From NCBI GenBank assembly GCA_040219255.1, contig JAVJSW010000046.1, forward strand, positions 128,001 to 192,000: a DNA stretch of 64,000 nt, given 5' to 3'. Below, in pieces: positions 56,781-64,000 of the stretch (position 1 is the stretch's first letter; each line of letters begins with the position of its first letter). The notes under the pieces are model-generated. The model made no database searches and was not told the DNA's origin. It worked only from the letters and a program-made list of their open reading frames with translations. The position numbers were made by a program, and so were the translations under genes. The DNA comes from Sumerlaeia bacterium (lineage in GTDB: Bacteria > Sumerlaeota > Sumerlaeia > SLMS01 > JAHLLQ01).

Positions 56781-57320
56781 ATGCCTGAGTCCTATTTGTC
56801 CTTTCGCCGCGCCGAGCGCGAGTGCCTCCTTTGCGGCAAGACCCTCGAGGACCTGGGCCGCCATCCCTCCGTCTTGCGCTTTTCCGAGAAGGAGGAAGCC
56901 CTGCGCATGGACTTCTGTCCCGAGTGCTGGGAGAAAAAGGCCGAGCAGGATTATTTCGGCTTCTGGCTGACCCGGCGTATCGAAAAGGCCCACACCGCCG
57001 AGGGCCGCAAACTCGCCCGCGAGGAGCGCAACGCCGCCCTCTGGTCCCTGTTCGCCGCCCTCCACTCGGAAAGCGACCCGGCCCTCGCGCCCCAGGTGTT
57101 TCTGCTGGCCCATCTGCTGATGCGCTATCGGGTCCTGACGTATCAGAAGGTCACACGCGACGGGCTCTTGCAGTTCTACCATTCGCCCACGCGCGAAATC
57201 TACGAGGTCGCCGACATGGCCCTGGAGGACGCGGTCGCCTTCGCCGAGGCGAGGGAGACGATCGAGGCGCGGCTGCGCGAAACGGCCTCCGGGGAGGCGG
57301 CGGAATCGCTGGAGAGTTAG
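56781..57320 (+). CDS. Hypothetical protein with N-terminal zinc ribbon
   Basis: CLLC..DFCPECW, FGFW, FLLAHLLMR; host-like codon usage. Confidence 0.7.
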   Translation: MPESYLSFRRAERECLLCGKTLEDLGRHPSVLRFSEKEEALRMDFCPECWEKKAEQDYFGFWLTRRIEKAHTAEGRKLAREERNAALWSLFAALHSESDPALAPQVFLLAHLLMRYRVLTYQKVTRDGLLQFYHSPTREIYEVADMALEDAVAFAEARETIEARLRETASGEAAESLES

Positions 57321-57868
57321 CGCGCCGCCGGCATCAGATGCGCCACATCCCGGGTGCCGAGGTTCTCGCCATCGGCGGCGTGCAGGGTCAGTTCACCCGA
57401 CTCGGAAAGACGCAGTTCACCCAGTAGTGCGCCCCGCGCATCGCGCATTTCCATACGCGAGTCATCGATCCTGACCAGCGTGGCTGAGTCGCTGGTGCCA
57501 TCGGGGCGGGCGAACGTCAGCAGCGCGGACTCGCCATTCTCCGCGGGGATCAGGGTGATGCGGGTGCCGTCGTCGCTTTCGACGGAGCTGATAGTGAGGC
57601 TTTCGCCGGTCCAGAACTCGATCAGGTTGAAGATGATGGCGTCGCCGAGTTGGGCGAATCCATACACCGGCAGAAAGATGAAGACCCAGAAAATCAGGCT
57701 CTGGACAATCTTGTTGTCGGAAACTTCGCCGTTGAAATTGTAAACGGCTTTGGTGAGCGGGAAATTGCCATAGCAGCCGGACAGGGCGGGGAGGGTGGCG
57801 GCGAGCAGCAAAACGGCCAGGGCGCGAGCGGCGCGCTGGCGCAGGAAGAATCGAAGGCGGGCGGTCAT
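57317..57868 (-). CDS. DUF3332 family lipoprotein
   Basis: LSGCYGNFPLT lipobox, PVYG, D.IIFNLIEFWTG. Confidence 0.85.
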   Translation of the reverse strand: MTARLRFFLRQRAARALAVLLLAATLPALSGCYGNFPLTKAVYNFNGEVSDNKIVQSLIFWVFIFLPVYGFAQLGDAIIFNLIEFWTGESLTISSVESDDGTRITLIPAENGESALLTFARPDGTSDSATLVRIDDSRMEMRDARGALLGELRLSESGELTLHAADGENLGTRDVAHLMPAAR

Positions 57869-58008
57869 CGGGGATGGCTCCTTGGGAAATGATCTGGGAC
57901 TGAGGGAAGATGCGATGCGAGAGATGTGCCTTGATTCGCCGAGTTGGCTCGGATTTTTCTTCCAAGGACCCCAGCGATTCCCGCGATTCGATTGGAAAGA
58001 GTGACGTT

Positions 58009-59091
58009 ATGACAAATAGGGCCCTCGCGGCGACCATCCTCCTGACCGGCCTGGCGGCCTTCCCCGCCGCCGGCGGTGCCCAAACCACGGAAACGGCGCG
58101 GTTGGAAACGGATGACGCGCCCTCGACCCGCACGGTTTATTCGCTGCTGACGACGAACCCCAGCCTGGAGCGCTTCTCCGGGATGCTGAGAGACCGTGGC
58201 GTCCTGTCCCTGATGACGCCGGACAAGTCCTACACGGTCTTCGCCCCGAGCAATCAGGCTTTCGAGGAGTTGACCGACGACCTTGAGCGCCGTCTGCAGG
58301 ACGATAACGAGATGCTCGACAGCATCCTGAAGTATCACATCGTGGCCGAGGAGCCGATCCCCACCAATTCCGTCGGGCTGGACACGATCCAGGGCTCGCA
58401 ACTGGCCATTGGCATGCACGTCGTCGTGAATGGCGAAGTGGCCCAGGAACGCATCGAAGCCGACGACGGCGTGATCTACGTTCTGGACGCGGTGCTGATG
58501 CCCCCTTCCTCGCTCAATCGGCTGACGGAGGACGGCGAGGCGGACACCGGCCGCACGACGGCCACGGAAACGATGGAAAACCCAGTGGTGCAGAAGGCCC
58601 TGGAGAGCCAGGAACCCGCCGTGGCGACGCCCGAACCGACGCCCAAGCTTTCGGAAATCCTGGCCAACCGGAAAGACTACTCGACCTTCAACCGGATTCT
58701 GCGGGCTTCGGGCATCGAGGAAGCCCTCGCCTCGAAGGGCCCCTTCACGGTTTTCGCGCCGATCAACGAGGCGTTTCAGCACCTGGACGAGGGCGAACTG
58801 GTGGACCTCCTGTCGAACTCCGCGGCGCTCCAGCAAACCGTCCTCTTCCATGTGGCCCCCGATCGTTACGCCCTCCAAGACTTGGCCAAGCTGGAGAATG
58901 TGCAAACCCTGCAAGGCCAGCAATTGGCCATCGGCACCTCGGAAGCTGGCCTCATGATCGGCAACGCGCTCGTCGTGAGGAGCGATGTGAAAGCCGAAAA
59001 CGGCGTTCTCCACGCCATCGACCGCCTCCTGCTTCCGAACCTGCCAAAGTCGGAGGCGCTGGAGGAAGCGGCACAACCGGATACGAACTGA
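58009..59091 (+). CDS. Secreted protein with two fasciclin (FAS1) domains
   Basis: YTVFAPSNQAF..ILKYHIV..DGVIYVLDAVL; FTVFAPINEAF..NGVLHAIDRLL. Confidence 0.92.
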   Translation: MTNRALAATILLTGLAAFPAAGGAQTTETARLETDDAPSTRTVYSLLTTNPSLERFSGMLRDRGVLSLMTPDKSYTVFAPSNQAFEELTDDLERRLQDDNEMLDSILKYHIVAEEPIPTNSVGLDTIQGSQLAIGMHVVVNGEVAQERIEADDGVIYVLDAVLMPPSSLNRLTEDGEADTGRTTATETMENPVVQKALESQEPAVATPEPTPKLSEILANRKDYSTFNRILRASGIEEALASKGPFTVFAPINEAFQHLDEGELVDLLSNSAALQQTVLFHVAPDRYALQDLAKLENVQTLQGQQLAIGTSEAGLMIGNALVVRSDVKAENGVLHAIDRLLLPNLPKSEALEEAAQPDTN

Positions 59092-59213
59092 CGCCGGCTT
59101 CGCGGGGCGGTTCGCCTTTGGAGCGCTCGGCCCATCACCCGCTAGCCCTTGCGGCCCGGTGGCTTCGTCGTCGATGAAGCCGGTCAGTACCCGCTGCGAG
59201 AGAGCTACCCGCC

Positions 59214-60122
59214 TTGGATCAACCGCCCGCCATCACCGTCGTCATTCCCGTTCGCAACGGGCGGCGTACGCTGGAGAAGGCCCTTCAAGCCCTCAGGCTC
59301 CAGACGTGGCCGGCGGAGCGGCTGGACGTTCTCGTGGTGGACAATGGCTCCACCGACGGCAGTGGCGACTTGGCGCGGTCTCTGGGCGCCAGGGTGGTGG
59401 AGTGCCCGGAGCCGGGTGTGGCTCGGGCGCGAGATTTAGGGTGGCGTTCGGCGCAGACCCCGCTCGTGGCCTTCCTCGATTGCGACTGCGAACCGCCGGA
59501 AGGCTGGCTCGACCGCGCCGCGGAGGCCTTGCTGGCGGGGGAGAAGACGGGCGCCGTGGGCGTGCGGCTCGTCCCGGGCGAGGGCCGCACCCTCGCCGAA
59601 GAGCACATCATCCGCTCCGGTTTTCTCGACACCGATTTTTTCGCTCAGAAGCACGCGATCTCGCACCCGTTCCTGGTGACCGCCGGGATTGTTCTGCGGC
59701 GCGAGGCGCTGGAAGCGGTCGATGGGTTCGATCTGAGCTTCGGCCGCGCCACGGGCGAGGACGCGGATCTCTGCTGGCGCCTGGAAGACGCGGGCTGGGC
59801 GTGCCACTACTTACCGGAAATCGAGGTGGTGCACCACCACCGGGCGACGCTGCGGGCGATGCTTAACCAGGTCTACTGGTACGGTTGGGGCACCGCCGAG
59901 GTATTCGCGCGCCATCGCAGGCGCTTCGGCTTCGGCTGGTTCTACGATCCAACTCCGTACCGCCGGCTCGTGCGCGGCGTGGTCAGGGCGCCGTTGGCCT
60001 GGCTGCGGAGTGACCGGTCCCGATACGAGCGGTTGGCGCCCGGGCTGGAAGCGCTCGACGCCTCGGCGTTCCTTCTGGGAAAAGCGCGGGGCGCGGTGCG
60101 AAACCGGATCGTTTTTTTCTAG
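59214..60122 (+). CDS. GT2 family glycosyltransferase
   Basis: VVIPVRN, VVDNGSTD, FLDCDC, GFD, GEDADLCWR. Confidence 0.9.
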   Translation: MDQPPAITVVIPVRNGRRTLEKALQALRLQTWPAERLDVLVVDNGSTDGSGDLARSLGARVVECPEPGVARARDLGWRSAQTPLVAFLDCDCEPPEGWLDRAAEALLAGEKTGAVGVRLVPGEGRTLAEEHIIRSGFLDTDFFAQKHAISHPFLVTAGIVLRREALEAVDGFDLSFGRATGEDADLCWRLEDAGWACHYLPEIEVVHHHRATLRAMLNQVYWYGWGTAEVFARHRRRFGFGWFYDPTPYRRLVRGVVRAPLAWLRSDRSRYERLAPGLEALDASAFLLGKARGAVRNRIVFF

Positions 60123-60194
60123 GGCAGGGATTGAATAAGCCCGCGCTGCACCGGTAGAGTGGGCGAGTAAATCTACTCAGGAGAGAAAAAACAG

Positions 60195-60389
60195 ATGGTT
60201 TTCGGAATCGACTTCCTCGGCGGTGGCATCATCGCCTTCATCCACTTCATCATCTGGGCCGTGGTCATGTACCAGATTATCACATGCCCCAGAAGCCTCT
60301 TGTATAAGGTCCTCTGGGGCGTGGGATCGTTCGTCTTGCCGTGCTTAGGGCCGCTTCTCTGGTTCTTGTTCGGCGAGAAGAAAGCCTAA
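60195..60389 (+). CDS. PLDc_N-like small membrane protein
   Basis: GGAG SD; K.LW....LPCLGPLLWFLFG pattern. Confidence 0.75.
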   Translation: MVFGIDFLGGGIIAFIHFIIWAVVMYQIITCPRSLLYKVLWGVGSFVLPCLGPLLWFLFGEKKA

Positions 60390-60403
60390 GCGGGGACTGG
60401 CCT

Positions 60404-61378
60404 TCAAGCGAGCGTGCGGGGTCCGGCGACATCGCCGACGTGCGGGAAGCTCTTGATGGCCAGAGCCTTGTCGATCTTTTCGAGCGCCATGCGGCGCTTC
60501 TCGTCTTCCAACTGATCCATCGTGACCAGGGGAAGGCGGATTTTGCTGTCCAGGATGTGGTGCAGTGGAATGGGGTTTTTGACGGAGAAGGTGGCCTGGA
60601 CGCAAGGCATCAGGGCTTCCTGAAGTTCGCGTGCCTTGTCCATTTCACCGGCCAGCGCCAGGTTGCAAAGCGTTTGGAATTCGCCAGGCCATACGTTGGC
60701 GGTGGCGCTGATGACGCCCTGGCCGCCCATGGCGATGATGTCGGCGACCATGTGATCCTCACCGCTGACGACAGCGAACTGCTCGCGGTCGGTGCCGTCG
60801 AGGATCTGCTTGATCTGCTCGATGTTGCCGCTGGCTTCTTTCACGCCAATGATGGCGGGGTGCTTTGCCAGTTCGATGGCGGTGGCCGCTTCGATGTTGC
60901 TGTTGGTGCGGCTGGGCACATTGTAGAGGATCACCGAGGATTCGAACTCGGCGGCCACATCGGCGACTTTCTTGTAATGCGCCAAGAGGCCTTCCTGCGG
61001 CGGGTTGTTGTAATACCCGGTGACGTGCAGGAGGGCATCCACCTTGCCTTCGAGGAGGATGCGGCGGCTGAGGTCGAGCGCTTCGTGGGTCGAGTTGCTG
61101 CCGGCGCTGGCGATGATCTGGATCTCGCGGCCCTGGCCAGCGGCGTAGCCGCGGGCGTAAATCGCCCCTTCGACGACGACCTTGACGTGCTCTTCATGGG
61201 TGAGGGTGGCGCTCTGGCCGGTGGTGCCGGCGATCAGAACTCCACTGACCCCCGCGTCGACGACCTGGGCGATGACTTGGTGGAATTTGTCGATATCGAC
61301 AACGATCTGCCCCTCCTCTTCCATCATGGGTGTGATGAGAGCGGGGTAGCAGCCTCGCAAGTCTTTTGCTTTTAGCAT
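60404..61378 (-). CDS. dapA: 4-hydroxy-tetrahydrodipicolinate synthase
   Basis: ALITPM, GTTGQSATL, GSNST, YYN.P.QEG, LYNVPSRT, IGVKEASG, SGED, NPIP; alternative start at 61417. Confidence 0.9.
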   Translation of the reverse strand: MLKAKDLRGCYPALITPMMEEEGQIVVDIDKFHQVIAQVVDAGVSGVLIAGTTGQSATLTHEEHVKVVVEGAIYARGYAAGQGREIQIIASAGSNSTHEALDLSRRILLEGKVDALLHVTGYYNNPPQEGLLAHYKKVADVAAEFESSVILYNVPSRTNSNIEAATAIELAKHPAIIGVKEASGNIEQIKQILDGTDREQFAVVSGEDHMVADIIAMGGQGVISATANVWPGEFQTLCNLALAGEMDKARELQEALMPCVQATFSVKNPIPLHHILDSKIRLPLVTMDQLEDEKRRMALEKIDKALAIKSFPHVGDVAGPRTLA

Positions 61379-61487
61379 AGAACCTTTTCCGTTGTTGGTG
61401 GTGCTGGCGATTGCCAACGCTATCCATGATATACTGTGGAGCGTCCCGACCCGTCAAGGCCCTTGCTGATCATAAACCGGATGAGGT

Positions 61488-63377
61488 CTATTCCACTTCC
61501 AGCCAAACCGCGGAAGCCGCCGCCGGAACGATGCCAGGGAAGGTGCCTCCGGAGTTGAACGGCAGGGAGCCGGATCGCACGCCCAGAATGCGGAGCCCCT
61601 CCCGCTCGGTGTTGCAGGTCAGGTAGCCCCCGTCCGTCGTGTTACCGATGCAGTCGATGGCAATGGCGAGGAGACCGTCGCTGGCGCCGAACACATCCAC
61701 ACCGGCCAGATTGTCGAACTGTCCGGCGGCGACCCGGGTGCCGAAGCGGAAATTGTTTGGCGTGCCGCTGAGGAGGGTGCTGGAAAGGGCCGGGCGGCGG
61801 GCGAGATCGAAGCCTGGATCGGCGAACCACTCGGGGTCGGCGGAGCCGAAAGCGGCGGTCAGGTTCGCGTCCGAGAAGACATAGACGGCGCCGTTGTTGA
61901 CCAGGGTGACGGTCGAGAAGGGGTCTTCCCAGGCGCGCCCTGGACTGCCCACGATCAAATCGTCGCCGGGGCTGGGGTCGTACTCTCCGATGGCGAGGGA
62001 CATGCCGAGAAAAGCCAGGTCCTCGGCGCCGGCGATGGCGAGGTCGCGGGCGGCATCGATCACCACATCGGTCGGCGCGATGGCCGCGATGTCGGGAGCG
62101 ATGTAAACGAACCCGCCATTGTCGTTGCCTCGGGCGGTGGCGAAGGGCGCGGAAGCCACCAGGTCGAGCAGACCGTCGTCCTGGAAATCGCCCCAGGCCA
62201 GAGCGGTTCCGAGGGCGCCGTCGTCTTCCGTGCCGCGGAAAATGTGGGTGACGGCGGGGGAGGCGAGCGCCGTGACGTTCGTGCCTTCCGTGAAGGGGCG
62301 CTGGAACAGGCGGATCAGGCGCACCTGACCGGCGCCGTTCGCCAGGGCGTTCGGCGCCCCCACCGCCAAGGTGATCGTGTTGGTCGTGGGGGGGCTGATT
62401 TCGTCGATGTCGGCGGCGGCCAGGGCGGTGCCAAAGCGCTCGTGGGGCAGGCTGCCTTCGGGCAGGGTGTAGAGCGTGTGGGCTTGGGGAATGGTCTGGA
62501 TGGCGGGCGAGGTGACGCCGTCGTTGGGCGAGAGGTCGTCGATGGAAACCGCTTCGTCCTCGTCGAACCCCCAGACGGTCAGGGTCTCCGTCGTGCCCCA
62601 GACGATGTCCACGGTGCCGGTGACATCGTCGGGCAGGATATCGGCGTCGACACGGTACTCGGAGGCGCGGGGGGTGCCGATGATCAGGTCGTCGAGACCG
62701 TCGTTGTCGAGGTCCTTCATCAAGAGGGAGGAGCCAAAGCGCGCGCCGGCTTCCCGGCCTTCGATGCGCACAGCGGAGCCGGTGGTGGGCGTGTCGTTTT
62801 CGAGATCGAGGAAGTGAGGCGTGGCGGAGCCGGCGAAAAGGGTCGCCGTGTCGAGCAGCAGAACCACGGCGCCGTTCATGCCGCCGACGGGCGCGGTGGC
62901 GGAGACGGCGAGGTCTTGGCGACCATCGCCGTCGAAATCGCCGGTGGCCAGAGCGGCGCCGAAAAATTCGCCGGGAGCGTTGGGGGAAATCTGCATCCCG
63001 TTCATCCCGCTCACGAGGGAACTGCGGAGAGCGTTCGGTTCGAGGCTGGGCTGGGCCGTCAGGTCCTGGTAAATTTCCGTTCCGGAGCCGATGTTGTCTC
63101 CGAAGAGCACGTACACCATACCAGAGTCCGTCACGGTGGTCGGGTTGTCGTTGACGTCGACGAAGGCGGAGGAGCGGGGCGCGCCCATGATGAGGTCCTG
63201 GATGCCGTCGTCGTCGAGGTCCGCCAAGGCGATGGTGGTCAGTTGCCCGGCGTTGCGGCGGTTCTCCGTAACCTGCACGAGGGCGTCGTCAGGGGCGTCG
63301 ATCGGGAAGAAGGATTGGGCCGTGGTGGTTTGAACGATGAGAAGGCTCGCCATGGCGATAAAGAAAATACGCAACAT
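61488..63377 (-). CDS. Secreted FG-GAP (integrin alpha-like beta-propeller) repeat protein
   Basis: Signal peptide; DLDDDGIQDLIMGAP, FGAALATGDFDGDGRQDLAV, GDFQDDGLLDLVASAP, DDLIVGSP; ends SAVWLEVE. Confidence 0.9.
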   Translation of the reverse strand: MLRIFFIAMASLLIVQTTTAQSFFPIDAPDDALVQVTENRRNAGQLTTIALADLDDDGIQDLIMGAPRSSAFVDVNDNPTTVTDSGMVYVLFGDNIGSGTEIYQDLTAQPSLEPNALRSSLVSGMNGMQISPNAPGEFFGAALATGDFDGDGRQDLAVSATAPVGGMNGAVVLLLDTATLFAGSATPHFLDLENDTPTTGSAVRIEGREAGARFGSSLLMKDLDNDGLDDLIIGTPRASEYRVDADILPDDVTGTVDIVWGTTETLTVWGFDEDEAVSIDDLSPNDGVTSPAIQTIPQAHTLYTLPEGSLPHERFGTALAAADIDEISPPTTNTITLAVGAPNALANGAGQVRLIRLFQRPFTEGTNVTALASPAVTHIFRGTEDDGALGTALAWGDFQDDGLLDLVASAPFATARGNDNGGFVYIAPDIAAIAPTDVVIDAARDLAIAGAEDLAFLGMSLAIGEYDPSPGDDLIVGSPGRAWEDPFSTVTLVNNGAVYVFSDANLTAAFGSADPEWFADPGFDLARRPALSSTLLSGTPNNFRFGTRVAAGQFDNLAGVDVFGASDGLLAIAIDCIGNTTDGGYLTCNTEREGLRILGVRSGSLPFNSGGTFPGIVPAAASAVWLEVE

Positions 63378-63516
63378 CAGTGGTGCCTCGCGGTTGGGCG
63401 GACTCTAGCAGAATGGTGGCATGAAGGGTGGGGCCGGGGAAGCGATGCGTCAACGGCGGAGGCACCGAGTCCGAAAACGGTTGCGCGAAAGTTGGCTCGA
63501 CGGAAAAAATTCACCC

Positions 63517-64000
63517 ATGAAGATCACGCTTTGCCTCCCCCTCACTCTGCTCGCGGTCTGCCTTTGGACGATTCCAACGGCGGTCCCTCTTTCCGCCAGA
63601 CCCACGGCCGATCAGGTCGAGCGGGTCACCACCATCGCGCCCTTTCCCCGGGGGCTGGCCATCGTCGACGACGCCCTGTATGTGCTTTCCCGCGGCCGCG
63701 TTCGTGGCGCGGGGGGAGTTTCCGCCGCTGTGGAGGACCAGGCGGGCACCCTTTGGCGCGTCGACCCGAACTTGACCGAACCGGCCAACGGACCCCTCGG
63801 CGAAGCGGTCAAGAAGAACGGCGTAATCGTCGCCCTTCCCACAGCCCCGCCCTTTCACCTGTGGGAGCGCACCGCCTCGCCTCCCGAAGCCGACACCCGC
63901 ACGGACCGGCCCTATTGCACCCTGCGCTGGCATGAACCAACCCAGAGCTTCTACCTGTGCGCCTTTAGCGGCATCGACAAATACCGCACGGCGGAAGACC
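63517..64000 (+). CDS. Secreted hypothetical protein, 3'-truncated by the window edge (absent from ORF track)
   Basis: ATG 63517: MKITLCLPLTLLAVCLWTIPTAVPLSARPTADQVERVTTIAPFPRGLAIVDDALYVLSRGR; frame appears open to the window end. Confidence 0.75.
   Translation, partial: MKITLCLPLTLLAVCLWTIPTAVPLSARPTADQVERVTTIAPFPRGLAIVDDALYVLSRGRVRGAGGVSAAVEDQAGTLWRVDPNLTEPANGPLGEAVKKNGVIVALPTAPPFHLWERTASPPEADTRTDRPYCTLRWHEPTQSFYLCAFSGIDKYRTAED

Overview
High-GC bacterial chromosomal window with about 60 genes, mostly housekeeping and cell-envelope. It includes glyA, rpsF-ssb-rpsR-rplI (with an S6:S18 leader RNA), tig-clpP-clpP, pilT, yggS, rpsA, plsC, a Wza/Wzc exopolysaccharide locus, ispG, purH, phoD, efp and dapA, plus several secreted proteins. 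The organism is diderm (LptF/G, Wza). Candidatus Sumerlaeota (BRC1) is a tentative guess from recalled C-terminal motifs, not a search result. No rRNA, tRNA, CRISPR array, prophage or classical transposase was seen. The top candidate for an undescribed system is a GxxExxY PD-(D/E)XK nuclease gene (17589-17984) enclosed by terminal inverted repeats built of 8-bp NNGCARAG units. Related arms occur elsewhere in the window: a gene-less inverted pair at 3216-3382 and solo arms at 51113 and 53153, suggesting an autonomous/non-autonomous mobile repeat family. Other leads are a shared C-terminal W-x-x-x-E motif on two secreted proteins, an apparently catalytically dead type IIG-methyltransferase-like protein, a CBM48-CBM48-thioredoxin(SxxS) protein, an atypical GspG-like pseudopilin and a frameshifted FHA-Ser/Thr kinase. 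All family calls come from motif recognition by eye, without database searches.
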